Assembly: GCA_965237955.1 (NCBI GenBank)
Contig: OZ250169.1
Coordinates: 7,328,001-7,392,000, forward strand
Direction: 5' to 3'
DNA: 64,000 nucleotides
From: Candidatus Marinacidobacterales bacterium
GTDB lineage: Bacteria > Acidobacteriota > Vicinamibacteria > Marinacidobacterales > SMYC01
The stretch's first letter is position 1. The number at the start of each line of letters is the position of its first letter. The translations under genes and the position numbers were made by a program. Positions 20,058 through 29,864 of this stretch are shown one piece after another. The notes beneath the pieces are model-generated. The model searched no databases. It was not told the DNA's origin and saw nothing but the letters and a program-made list of their open reading frames with translations.

Positions 20058-20845
20058 CGGCACCTTCACGCACGCACACTGAGCCCGACCCGTCCGACAT
20101 CGAAATCGAAGCCCAAGCGAGCGGCCCGAACGGCCCGAACGGCGATGACGTGCTCGAGCGTTCGAGTGAGCCTCGCGAGGATGTCCGGGTTTCTGAGCAT
20201 TCCGGTTCGGTTGTTGCGGAAAGCCCTACGAGCGAGGACGCGGCTCGGCCAGCTCCTCCCGGCGAGGCTCCAGATGACTCGTCGCCAGGTAAGCCAGTTA
20301 AGCCAGGTAAGGAACAGGGGGACAAAGCGCACCCGTTTCAGTCTCTCATCGACCTCCTTCACGACTTGGCGATCGCCGTCGTCGTATGCGTGCTCTTGAT
20401 CACCTATGTCGTCCAGGCGTTCAAGGTGCAGGGTACGAGCATGTCACCGGAGCTTCTCGACGGCGAGCGAATCCTCGTGAACAAGTTCCTCTATCGTTTC
20501 GGAGATATCGAGCGGGGTGACGTCGTCGTGTTCTGGTATCCCGAAGATCCGGAGCTGTCGTTCATCAAGCGCGTCGTAGGGCTTCCGGGCGAGACCGTCG
20601 AAGTCCGAAACGGCAAGGTCTACGTCGACGGCATTCTGATCGACGAACCGTACGTTAATGTCGACAACGCCGACCGCCGCAGCTTCGCGTCGCAGGAGAT
20701 CCGCCCCGGTCACTATTTCGTACTCGGGGACAATCGTCGCGGAAGCAACGACAGCCGCAGCTGGGGCCTGGTGCCGGAACGCTACATCTACGGAAAAGCC
20801 TTTGTGCGAATATGGCCGCTCAAGGACGTAGGCGCCGTGGACTAA
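20054..20845 (+). CDS. lepB: Signal peptidase I
   Basis: GTSMSP (Ser), FIKRVVGLPG (Lys), GDNRRGSNDSR. Confidence 0.93.
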   Translation: MTAPSRTHTEPDPSDIEIEAQASGPNGPNGDDVLERSSEPREDVRVSEHSGSVVAESPTSEDAARPAPPGEAPDDSSPGKPVKPGKEQGDKAHPFQSLIDLLHDLAIAVVVCVLLITYVVQAFKVQGTSMSPELLDGERILVNKFLYRFGDIERGDVVVFWYPEDPELSFIKRVVGLPGETVEVRNGKVYVDGILIDEPYVNVDNADRRSFASQEIRPGHYFVLGDNRRGSNDSRSWGLVPERYIYGKAFVRIWPLKDVGAVD

Positions 20846-20951
20846 TCTCCCAGCAAAACTGTTTTACCGCTTCCGCTGCACTCATTAAGCCTTCGGCTAT
20901 AATACGCGCGTGAGGGGGCTGATTTTCCCTCCGCCCCATGATGCTATTCCA

Positions 20952-21344
20952 ATGAGCACACCGGATATGGATGGCCTGATAGGGGCCATGACGTCTTCTC
21001 TCGATTCGATCCGTCACTACTACGATCGCGACACCGGCGAGGTGGTGACGCTCTCCGATGAGTTCGGTACCGGGCAGCTCGAAGGGCCGGTGGAGCGCTA
21101 CGAGCTCATAACGCCGCTCTCGGTGAGCGAGCGCTTTCAAATCATGGAAGACTTCGTCGAAACGCTTCACAACGACGCTCTCGAGGATGAGCTCAACCAG
21201 GTCCTGACCGAGAAAGGCGCCTTCATCAAGTTCGACGAAGCGTTGAAGCACTATCCGACCCGCAACAAACAGTGGGAGCACTTCCGTTCGGACCGCGTCG
21301 CCTCACGTGTCCGAGCGTGGCTGCAAGAGCATGGGATTGGTTGA
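20952..21344 (+). CDS. UPF0158-family protein
   Basis: YYDRDTGEV, FQIMEDF, GAFIKF, WLQEHGI. Alternative start GTG 20910. Confidence 0.8.
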   Translation: MSTPDMDGLIGAMTSSLDSIRHYYDRDTGEVVTLSDEFGTGQLEGPVERYELITPLSVSERFQIMEDFVETLHNDALEDELNQVLTEKGAFIKFDEALKHYPTRNKQWEHFRSDRVASRVRAWLQEHGIG

Positions 21345-21360
21345 CATCGACTGAAGCTGA

Positions 21361-23307
21361 TCACATTCTTTCTGGAATGGGAATCCCCATGAGCTCTAGT
21401 GCGCTTGTGTGCTCGCGGTAGAACATTTGAACGGCCAGAAGTCGCAGCGCGCGTTTCGTCTCGTCGGTTTCCGAGGCGATGTGGTAGCGATGGTAGAAGT
21501 TATTGAAACGTTGCGCGAGGACGAGCGCGAAACGGGCGATGTGGGCGGGCTCTTCGGTACGCACCACCGTGTCTATTATCGACGCGAGCTCGGTCGCCGC
21601 AAAGATGAGCGCCCACACATCTTCGGATTCTTCGGGGCCGATCTTCTCGAAGCCATCACCGAGAGAGTTAGGAATGGTCACTTCGTTAGGTGAGGCACCG
21701 ACTTTCTGCAAAATCTTGGCGGCTCGCACGGCGGAGTACTGCAAGTACGGACCGCTGTCACCGTCGAACGCAAGCGCTTCGTCGAAGTCGAACGCGATGA
21801 CCTTGTTCTTGGTGAACTTGATCATGAAGTAACGGATTGCGCCGCGCGCAATCGTCGTCGCGATGGCGCGCCTCTCGCTTTCGGTCAGCTCGGGATGTCT
21901 TTTCACGACCTCCGTGTGCGCTTTGTCAGTGAGTGCTTCCAGCAGGTCGTCTGCTTTCACACCGAGCCCCTTTCGTCCCGACACTTCTAGATACGGTTTG
22001 TGCTCTTCTTCGGGGCTCACGGGAAAGCCCAGCTCGTGGCACGTCGCGGGTGTGAGTGCCACCATTTCATACGAAAAGTGGTGCGAGCGATCACGTGCTT
22101 CCTCGGATGCGAGAAGCGCGACACCGCGCTGCACGATATCCTGCAAGTACGCCTGCCGAACGTCGATGACGTTGTATACGCGCTCACCGTCGCCGAACGA
22201 CGGTGTTCCTTCGGTTGTTTCCGACGTCGTCGACCAAACCGCTTGGTCGTCGGGGTAGGTGTGAAAACGTTTGAAACCGAACTGGCGATCGAGGAGGCCG
22301 AGCTTCCACATTTGATAAGCAATGTCCTTGCCGACGTACGTCACTGTGCCGTTCGAACGCACGATGACTTTTTCGTCTTCTTCCGTCGGTGGGTCCTCAC
22401 TATCGGTCACGTCCATGACCCAACAGCCTGCGTTTTTTCCTTTCGAGGCGAGCCGAATCGCCTGTTTTTCTTTCAATAGCTCGAACGCGCGCTCCCAAAA
22501 ATGCAATCGAAGAATGTCGCTCTCCCATGGCAAGAGGTCGTAGCGGACGTCGATGCGCTCCATGGTCGCGAGGTGGCAGCGGACGATCGTCTCCGCGATG
22601 AAAGCACCGAGGGGACCTTCCGGCGCAGTGTTCTCCTCGATGGCTTTCAATGTATCCTCGCGCAGGCGGACGCGGTCACGATCTTCCGCGTAGAAGTCGG
22701 ACATGCGTGCGTAGAGATCCCAGCATACGTAGTCGAACCGCTCGGCGTTGGCGATGGCCTTCACGTCCTCGAGCGACTTGTTCTCGAGGTGCAGAAAACC
22801 GACGACGACATCCGCCACCTGGACTCCGGTGTCGTCGATATAGTTCTGGACCTCGACGAGCTCTCCTCGATAACGGAGCGCGCGCACGAACGTGTCGCCG
22901 AGCGCGGCGTTTCTCAAGTGGCCGATATGGGCCGCCTTGTTGGGATTGATGTTGGTGTGCTCGACGACCACTTTGCCGCCGGACGCGCTTTCAGTCTCAA
23001 CCCCCGCGAGAAAGCTTTCGAGAAAGCTTTGGCGATCGAAAAAGACGTTGAGGTAGCCCGCACCGGCGACTTCGACGTGATCGACTCCGTCGACGGCGGA
23101 TAGCGCGGGCGTCAGGGCTTCGGCGATCTTCCGAGGCGCTATCTTTGCCTTGCGAGCGAGATCGAACGCGACCGGGAACGCGGCGTCTCCGAGGCTCCGT
23201 TTGGGGGGACGCTTATGCACGATGACGTCGAGCTCGACATCGTATTGATCTCGAACCGCGTCGGTGAGCGCTTCCTCCAATCGGCGGTGAAGTCCTCCTT
23301 CTTGCAT
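21361..23307 (-). CDS. argS: Arginine--tRNA ligase
   Basis: EHTNINPNKAAHIGHLRN, SGRKG, GPYLQY, DALR-type C-terminus ending PERM. Confidence 0.96.
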   Translation of the reverse strand: MQEGGLHRRLEEALTDAVRDQYDVELDVIVHKRPPKRSLGDAAFPVAFDLARKAKIAPRKIAEALTPALSAVDGVDHVEVAGAGYLNVFFDRQSFLESFLAGVETESASGGKVVVEHTNINPNKAAHIGHLRNAALGDTFVRALRYRGELVEVQNYIDDTGVQVADVVVGFLHLENKSLEDVKAIANAERFDYVCWDLYARMSDFYAEDRDRVRLREDTLKAIEENTAPEGPLGAFIAETIVRCHLATMERIDVRYDLLPWESDILRLHFWERAFELLKEKQAIRLASKGKNAGCWVMDVTDSEDPPTEEDEKVIVRSNGTVTYVGKDIAYQMWKLGLLDRQFGFKRFHTYPDDQAVWSTTSETTEGTPSFGDGERVYNVIDVRQAYLQDIVQRGVALLASEEARDRSHHFSYEMVALTPATCHELGFPVSPEEEHKPYLEVSGRKGLGVKADDLLEALTDKAHTEVVKRHPELTESERRAIATTIARGAIRYFMIKFTKNKVIAFDFDEALAFDGDSGPYLQYSAVRAAKILQKVGASPNEVTIPNSLGDGFEKIGPEESEDVWALIFAATELASIIDTVVRTEEPAHIARFALVLAQRFNNFYHRYHIASETDETKRALRLLAVQMFYREHTSALELMGIPIPERM

Positions 23308-23336
23308 GAACGGGATTATAGCGGCATGCGATCAAT

Positions 23337-23380
23337 TTCAGCATTCAGCATTCAGCATTCAGCAAATGCTGAATGCTGGA
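23337..23380. repeat. Inverted 7-bp tandem array (TTCAGCA)
   Basis: (TTCAGCA)x4, AA, then TGCTGAATGCTGGA, in a divergent promoter region. Confidence 0.85.
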
Positions 23381-23397
23381 GTATGATGAACAGCTAA

Positions 23398-24792
23398 ATG
23401 AGTTCCAATGGTCCCGCGACCGGCGCGGTCTTCAGTCCTCGCCGGAGGACCGCAGCCATTCTCATCGGGGAAGGAACCGGCTCGGCGTACCTCGCGGGTG
23501 TCATGAAGGCGCTTCACGACGCCGGCGTTCGTGTCGACGTCGTTCTCGGAAAAGGTGCGGGCGCGCTCGTGGCCGCGCTCTTTGCGATCGACGCGGACAG
23601 CCGGCTCGGTGGCGATGACGGGCTCCTCGCGCAGGTGGGGAAGCGCCGAGTGTGGCGGTTGCAACCTCTTTATAAGGTGACGCTCGCGTGCCTCGCGCTT
23701 TCGTTCGCCGCGTTCCTATCACCGGTTCTCGTTGGACTCATCGCGCTCGCGATGCTGCCGTTCGCGGCGCTCGGGCGTCTCGTGACCGAATCGAGCGCCG
23801 CGGAGCCGGCGCCTACGTGGTTCGGGTACTTGCTCGAAGCGGGCGAGCCGTTCTACCTCCGAGCCATGGTGGTGCCGCTCATCGTTTTGTGCGCTTTCTG
23901 GCTCGTATGGTGGGCTTACGCCTTTGTGCGCGAGCGTCGTGTACCGTCGCTCCCCGAGCTCTATAAGCTCGGTTCCTTGAGTGCATTGCTCGAATCGAGC
24001 TTGTGGCGGGCGGTGCGAGGCGCTTCGAGCGACAGCCGGCCTCACGACCGGAAAGAGCTCGGCGAAGCCTATCGGAAGCTTTTGTCCGGTAGTTGGGGAC
24101 AGCGAGGTTTTCGAGAGCTCGTGTTCTACGCGCTCGACACCGACAGCGGTCAGGAAGTTCCGTTCGCGATGTTGAAGGAGCGGTTCTTCAAGAAGCTCAA
24201 GGCCAGCCGTGCCGGAGGCCGCGAGTGGGCGCGTGCCGAGCCGATCGATCTCGGCAAAGACGGCGACGCGCTGTTCTTCGACGCGTTGATGGCGGCGTTG
24301 AGCCCGCCCGGGCTGGTACCGAGCGTTCCCATTAAGTTGCCTCTCGGCACGCGAAACGGTGGTGAGGTCCATCGGTTTTCGAGCAGCTTGCTCGCGAGCG
24401 GAGGCGCTGTCGCCGATGCGGTCTCCGCGGGGGCCGAGCAGCTCCTCTTCGTCGCAGGTTGCACGCCGGGCGAGCGACCCTCGGGGAATCCGCTCGAGAG
24501 GGTTACCGAGGCCGCGACCCGAAACGCTCTCGCCGTTGACCTGGCCGAAGCGGCCAACGTCACCGACTTACCCGTTTTTCTGATTCGCCCCGACAAGCAG
24601 CGATTGAGTCCATACGAGATTACCGGGCGGGCTCAGTTCGGGAACGAGCGCCTCGATCTTGCCGCGCTCATGGCCCACGGTGAGCGCGATGCCGAGCGTC
24701 TGTTCATCGAACCGGTTCTCGGGGACGCTCACCCAGGCGGGGGCGAGGCGACGATCCCGATCAAAGAGGCCAGCGGTCCGCACGAGTTGTAG
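23398..24792 (+). CDS. Patatin-fold membrane protein with degenerate catalytic motifs
   Basis: ILIGEGTGSAYLAGVMKAL...VDVVLGKGAGAL mirrors the patatin N-terminus but lacks the GxSxG serine; TM insert. Confidence 0.65.
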   Translation: MSSNGPATGAVFSPRRRTAAILIGEGTGSAYLAGVMKALHDAGVRVDVVLGKGAGALVAALFAIDADSRLGGDDGLLAQVGKRRVWRLQPLYKVTLACLALSFAAFLSPVLVGLIALAMLPFAALGRLVTESSAAEPAPTWFGYLLEAGEPFYLRAMVVPLIVLCAFWLVWWAYAFVRERRVPSLPELYKLGSLSALLESSLWRAVRGASSDSRPHDRKELGEAYRKLLSGSWGQRGFRELVFYALDTDSGQEVPFAMLKERFFKKLKASRAGGREWARAEPIDLGKDGDALFFDALMAALSPPGLVPSVPIKLPLGTRNGGEVHRFSSSLLASGGAVADAVSAGAEQLLFVAGCTPGERPSGNPLERVTEAATRNALAVDLAEAANVTDLPVFLIRPDKQRLSPYEITGRAQFGNERLDLAALMAHGERDAERLFIEPVLGDAHPGGGEATIPIKEASGPHEL

Positions 24793-24877
24793 CGGGCGCA
24801 CGGCGGTCCGGGCACGGGCACGAGTTCTGGCTTACGGAGACGGCGGTTACGAGGAGGCGCTACAATAGATACGCACT

Positions 24878-25450
24878 ATGTTCAACATACTGGATGTGGC
24901 ATTCGTCGGTCTCGCGATTCTCTTCAGCATTTGGAATACCGTGACTCTCATCCACTACGCGTCTTATCGGCGTTTGGCCTCGACCGCCGAGCTCACGTGG
25001 CGTCCAGCGCGACCGTGGTTCTACAACACCTGCCTCGGTATCGGCTTCTTCATGGTGAGCCTGACCGCGTTGAGCCTGTTCGTGCTCCACCGGCCGGTTC
25101 TGGCGACACTCGCGCAGGCGCTGATGGCGTTCTATTACACCGTGGTTTTTCCTTTGTCGTTTCGAATCCAAAGAGGGTTCTACAAAAAGGGTATTTGGTT
25201 AGAACGCGCCTTCGTCCCGTACGAGAACGGGCGCCGTCTCAGCTGGCGCGAGAAGCCCGACATCGTGCTGGTGGTGATGAAGGAGAACGACCTCACCGGC
25301 CAGAGCTATGCGCGGCTCAAAGTGCCGGGCGATCGCTACGGCGAAGCGCGGCGAATCCTGGCGAGCCACATCGAGGATCGAACTCTGACCGTCGAAAAGA
25401 GCATTCTCGGCCTCTCCGATGCCGATACACCCGCACAAGAGCAGGTGTAG
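24878..25450 (+). CDS. Hypothetical membrane protein
   Basis: Three hydrophobic segments plus a soluble C-terminus; co-oriented with neighbours. Confidence 0.75.
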   Translation: MFNILDVAFVGLAILFSIWNTVTLIHYASYRRLASTAELTWRPARPWFYNTCLGIGFFMVSLTALSLFVLHRPVLATLAQALMAFYYTVVFPLSFRIQRGFYKKGIWLERAFVPYENGRRLSWREKPDIVLVVMKENDLTGQSYARLKVPGDRYGEARRILASHIEDRTLTVEKSILGLSDADTPAQEQV

Positions 25451-25497
25451 CGACTCCACTGCTTATCTAACAGTAATGGGGCGAGTCATGGCGAACC

Positions 25498-27342
25498 ATG
25501 CAGCGTGACGCATTCCGTGCCCGTCTACAACAAGCACCCCTCGTGTGCGACGGCGCCATGGGAACGACCCTCTACGCCAAAGGGGTCATGGTCAATCGTT
25601 GCTTCGACGAGCTGAACCTCTCGAATCCGGAGCTCGTGCGGTCCGTCCACAGCGACTACCTTGCTGTTGGCGTGGACATCCTCGAGACGAATACATACGG
25701 GGCGAACCGGTTCAAGCTGAAACCCCATGGCTTCGCCGACCGCGTTCACAACTTGAACCTTCAGGGCGCCGCCATCGCGCGCGACGCACTCTCCGATGCC
25801 GGTGGCTCCGTCCTCGTCGCTGGTGCTATCGGACCTCTGGGAAAACCCATCGCGCCCATCGGCACGATTTCGGAAGACGAGGCCTACGAGGCATTCCGTG
25901 AGCAAGCGGAGGGTCTTGCTGCCGGCGGCTGTGACTTGTTTCTGCTCGAGACGTTTTCGGATCTGAGAGAGCTTTCCATTGCGGTGCGTGCCGCGCGATC
26001 GTTGTCGGCGACAACGCCCATCGTCGCGCAGATGACGTTCGGAGACGATGGCGCGACGCCGCTCGGCGCGAAGCCCGAGCACGTAGCCCGGAAGCTCACC
26101 GAGCTCGATGTAGATGGCATCGGAGCCAACTGTAGTGTCGGCCCGGAGCTCATGTTGCGAGTCATCGAACGGCTTCGAACCGCGACGACCCTGCCGCTTT
26201 CGGTGCAGCCCAACGCCGGGCTTCCCGAGGTCGTCGAGGGGCGGGTGATCTATCTCAGCTCTCCGGAATACATGGCGCACTACGCCAAGCGGTTTCTCAG
26301 AGCCGGGGGCGCCATCATCGGAGGGTGCTGCGGAACGACGCCCGTACACATCGGCGCGATGGTCGGCGTCGTGCGCGCCCTCGGGCCCCCGCGCGCCCGC
26401 GTCGAGGTGGCTGTCCGCGAAGAAGAACGCCCGCGCCAAGAACCTGTTCCGCGCGAGAGCAAGTCACGTCTCGCGAAGAGCCTCGGCAGAAAGTTCGTGG
26501 TGTCGGTGGAGATGGATCCTCCCAAAGGCGCCGACCCTGGACTCTTTCTGGAGAAGGCCCAATGGCTCAAAGAGAACGAGGTCGACTTCCTGAACATCGG
26601 CGACGGTCCGCGGGCGAGCGCTCGCATGAGCGCGCTCAGCTTTGCGGTGTTGCTCGAACAGAACGTGGACATCGAAACGATCTTGCACTATCAGTGTCGC
26701 GACCGGAACCTAATCGGGATCCAGTCGGATTTGCTGGGTGCGCAAGCGCTCGGGTTGAGGAATGTGCTCGCCGTGACCGGTGATCCGCCCAAGCTCGGCG
26801 ATTATCCTTACGCGACCGCCGTGTTCGACGTGGACTCCGTTGGTCTGGTGAAGGTCCTTTCGCGTCTGAACCGAGGACTGGATCTCGCCGCGAACTCGCT
26901 CGGACCCGCGCTGCCGTTCCATATTGGAGTCGGAGTGAATCCGGGCGCCACCGACTTCGAAGAAGAGCTTCGCAAGTTCGAGCGCAAGGTCGAGGCCGGT
27001 GCGGAGTACTGCCTGACGCAGCCCGTTTATGAGCCCCGCTATCTCGAGCGCTTTCTCGACGCCGCGAAAGGCCACAAGATTCCGGTGTTGGTCGGAATCC
27101 TTCCTTTGGTGAGCTCACGCAACGCCGAATTTCTGCACAACGAAGTCCCGGGCATGGCCGTGCCCCAGGATGTTCGCGACCGGCTCGCGAAAGCTTCGAC
27201 CAAAGACAAAGCGCAGCAAGTCGGGGTCGACATCGCCCGAGACGCGTTGCGCGCCGCGCGGGATCTAGTAGACGGCGCATACGTGATGCCGCCGTTCAAT
27301 CGCTTCGAATTGGCGGTGCGGGTTATTCGCGGGATTGTGTGA
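25498..27342 (+). CDS. yitJ: Bifunctional homocysteine S-methyltransferase / methylenetetrahydrofolate reductase
   Basis: [23 protein letters not shown], then VEMDPPKG, CRDRNLIG, TGDPPKLGDYP, TQPVY, FLHNEVPG. Confidence 0.93.
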   Translation: MQRDAFRARLQQAPLVCDGAMGTTLYAKGVMVNRCFDELNLSNPELVRSVHSDYLAVGVDILETNTYGANRFKLKPHGFADRVHNLNLQGAAIARDALSDAGGSVLVAGAIGPLGKPIAPIGTISEDEAYEAFREQAEGLAAGGCDLFLLETFSDLRELSIAVRAARSLSATTPIVAQMTFGDDGATPLGAKPEHVARKLTELDVDGIGANCSVGPELMLRVIERLRTATTLPLSVQPNAGLPEVVEGRVIYLSSPEYMAHYAKRFLRAGGAIIGGCCGTTPVHIGAMVGVVRALGPPRARVEVAVREEERPRQEPVPRESKSRLAKSLGRKFVVSVEMDPPKGADPGLFLEKAQWLKENEVDFLNIGDGPRASARMSALSFAVLLEQNVDIETILHYQCRDRNLIGIQSDLLGAQALGLRNVLAVTGDPPKLGDYPYATAVFDVDSVGLVKVLSRLNRGLDLAANSLGPALPFHIGVGVNPGATDFEEELRKFERKVEAGAEYCLTQPVYEPRYLERFLDAAKGHKIPVLVGILPLVSSRNAEFLHNEVPGMAVPQDVRDRLAKASTKDKAQQVGVDIARDALRAARDLVDGAYVMPPFNRFELAVRVIRGIV

Positions 27343-27401
27343 GCGGTGCGGTCGGTCCGGCATACGGGATACCGAAATGTGCTAGCCTCAAGCGGACTTC
27401 A

Positions 27402-28361
27402 ATGCGGATGCAACACTTCGCTCTCGCTGTTTGGCTTGCGTCGACCCCTCTGCTTGCGCACGCGCAAGAGCCCAAGATCCCTACGTTCACCGCCGAGGTC
27501 GATATGGTCTCCGTCGCGGTCGCAGTTATCGACGACGATGGGAACTTCGTCACCGACTTGACCGCCGACCAATTCACGCTCTACGAGGATGGAAAGAATC
27601 AGGAAATCCATCTCTTTGCTGCCGGGTTGAAGGAATCCTGGGTGGGGCTTCCACCGGATGTCAAAGACGACCTCTCGGGTCGACAGGTGATAGGGCTCAT
27701 TATGGACACGAGCGGGAGCATGGAAGACGATATGCCGCTCGTGCGCGAGGCTGCGATCAAGTTCCTCACCAACATCCCGAAGACGGAAGAGCTCTTCATC
27801 ATGGACTTCGATGAGAACATCCGTCTTTCGCACTACTCGTCGGACGACCAGCGGGTGATAGCCGATCGCATCTACGACATGGAGTCCGAGGGGTGGACGG
27901 CGCTTTACGACGCGGTGGCGACGTTTCTCGAGCGCGTGTACGACCTCGACGGGCGGAAAACACTCGTCATGTTCAGCGACGGCGTCGATACAAGGAGCAC
28001 GTTGGGCATCAGAGAAGTGTTCGAGATGGTCAAGCTCTCGAACGTCACGGTGCACTCGATTCATTTCACCGCTGGGAGCCGCAACGCCAACCGATTGTTC
28101 GAGCAAGGACGGTTCCTGCGCAGACTCGCTAAAGAGACCGGCGGCTCGTACGCGGTCGGTAGATCGCTCGAGCAGATCGATGAGTTCTACGACAAGATTC
28201 TCGAAGAGCTCTTCAGCCAGTACAGCCTGGGCTACGTATCGTCGAACCCGAAGCGCGACGGCAAATACCGCAAGATCAAAGTCGAAGTCTCCGTCGACGA
28301 CGTCAAAGTGCGCCACCGGCGCGGTTACTACGGTCCCAAGCCTCCCGCTACCAACCATTAG
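27402..28361 (+). CDS. Secreted VWA-domain protein (Acidobacterial VWFA-related type)
   Basis: Signal peptide, F-x-LYEDGKNQEI, MIDAS DTSGS, TALYDAV, SDGVD, ETGG, QYSLGY, HRRGYY. Confidence 0.9.
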   Translation: MRMQHFALAVWLASTPLLAHAQEPKIPTFTAEVDMVSVAVAVIDDDGNFVTDLTADQFTLYEDGKNQEIHLFAAGLKESWVGLPPDVKDDLSGRQVIGLIMDTSGSMEDDMPLVREAAIKFLTNIPKTEELFIMDFDENIRLSHYSSDDQRVIADRIYDMESEGWTALYDAVATFLERVYDLDGRKTLVMFSDGVDTRSTLGIREVFEMVKLSNVTVHSIHFTAGSRNANRLFEQGRFLRRLAKETGGSYAVGRSLEQIDEFYDKILEELFSQYSLGYVSSNPKRDGKYRKIKVEVSVDDVKVRHRRGYYGPKPPATNH

Positions 28362-28379
28362 TTTGCTACCATACGCGCC

Positions 28380-28685
28380 ATGAAATCGAAGTTCACCGTC
28401 AAGAACCACGAGTACGAAGTCGCGCTCGAAAAAAGTGAGCGCGGCGAAGACGACAAGTTCAATCCCTACCGCGCTACAGTATCGGGTCAGTCGGACGGCC
28501 CCGTCCAAGGTACCTGTCAGATTACCGACGCGGCGCTCGAAACGGCTGACAAGAACGCGGTGTCCGGCGGCGCGACCGCCGGGGATCTCCTCGCCGAGGC
28601 CTGCGGAAAGTCGATCGCGTCGGAGCTCGTTATCCGCAAGCTGAAGCCCGACTTCTCCTTCGTCGTGGATTATCGCTGGCTTTAG
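28380..28685 (+). CDS. Hypothetical protein
   Basis: 101-aa ORF with host-like codon usage; extended -10 box 7 nt upstream. Confidence 0.7.
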   Translation: MKSKFTVKNHEYEVALEKSERGEDDKFNPYRATVSGQSDGPVQGTCQITDAALETADKNAVSGGATAGDLLAEACGKSIASELVIRKLKPDFSFVVDYRWL

Positions 28686-28693
28686 CCCAGCTC

Positions 28694-28835
28694 TCGGCCA
28701 TCGGCCATCAGCAGAGTCGCGTTGCTCGTGCTCGGGACCGAACAACGAGCTATCAACTCCGCCGCTCAGCCCGAAGGTGAACTCAGCGCAAGCCTGCTGA
28801 TGGCTGATGGCTGATGGCTGATGGCCGATCGCCGG
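28694..28835. repeat. Inverted 7-bp tandem array (TCAGCCA / TGGCTGA) with about 80-bp spacer
   Basis: TCGGCCATCGGCCATCAGCAG ... CTGCTGATGGCTGATGGCTGATGGCTGATGGCCGA. Confidence 0.85.
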
Positions 28836-28931
28836 ATCCTCCCAAATGTTCATGCTTCGGCGTTCGCTGGCGTATAATAAAATGTAGGTAAATTACGAAA
28901 GCTCAGGAAGCTACGACCTCGGACGGCGCTC

Positions 28932-29864
28932 TTGCATGCGCCGTTTCTGGGGCGAGCCCTGCGGCGAGGATCGAGGAAAGCCTTGGCGCTTCACAAGCTA
29001 TGGAAGCAGAGCCCCGCGGGCGCTCTTGCGCTTGCCTTCGCGCTCGGGCTCGCCTGTTTCGCCGCGGCCGCGGTCCATTTTGTCCCACCGATGCTTTCCT
29101 CGAGCGCGGTCCCTCTCGGTGCCGGCTCTCAGCAAAGTATTTTCACGCTGCCCGAATACCTGAATGACCACTCGCGCCTCCCTTCACTCGGTGCGCCTGG
29201 CGTACCTCGCGAGTTCTACTTCACCCGGGCCGCGTACACCGGCTATTACCGGTTCCGCAACTTTCGCAGCTGGCAAGTCGATTTCCCCAAGGCGGACCGC
29301 CAATTCCTGATCGGCCTGACGCGCCTCACGAACCTCGACGCCTACGAAGCGGAGAACCCGGTTCGTCTGACGGATCCGGAGCTAAGCAAATACCCTTTCC
29401 TCTATACCGTCGAAGTCGGCTACATGGCGCTCACCGAGCCGGAAGTCGAAGGGCTGAGGCGCTACCTTCATGCGGGCGGGTTTCTCGTCGTCGACGACTT
29501 CTGGGGCTCGTTCGAGTGGGACAATTTCCAAAACCAGTTGCAGCGTATTCTCCCCGGCTACGCGATCGTCGATCTCCCGCTCGATCACCCGATCTTCAAC
29601 TGCTTCTATAACGTTCAGGAAATCGTCCAAGTGCCGAACGTGGGGCAAGGGATGCAAGGCGGCCCGACGTGGGAATCGGATGGCTACTATCCAGCGGTGA
29701 AGGGAGTCTTCGATGAGCAGGGCCGGCTGATGGTCGTCATCAACTGGAATACGGATCTGGGAGATGCCTGGGAGTGGGCCGAGAACCCTTACTACCCCCT
29801 AAAGTTCTCCACGTACGCCTACCAAATGGGAGTGAATTTCATTATCTACGCAATGAGTCATTGA
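28932..29864 (+). CDS. DUF4159-domain protein, paralog 1
   Basis: WQVDFPKAD, YPFLY, LRRYLHAGGFLVVDDFWG, HPIF, NTDLGDAWE, MGVNFIIYAMSH. Start uncertain. Confidence 0.88.
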   Translation: MHAPFLGRALRRGSRKALALHKLWKQSPAGALALAFALGLACFAAAAVHFVPPMLSSSAVPLGAGSQQSIFTLPEYLNDHSRLPSLGAPGVPREFYFTRAAYTGYYRFRNFRSWQVDFPKADRQFLIGLTRLTNLDAYEAENPVRLTDPELSKYPFLYTVEVGYMALTEPEVEGLRRYLHAGGFLVVDDFWGSFEWDNFQNQLQRILPGYAIVDLPLDHPIFNCFYNVQEIVQVPNVGQGMQGGPTWESDGYYPAVKGVFDEQGRLMVVINWNTDLGDAWEWAENPYYPLKFSTYAYQMGVNFIIYAMSH

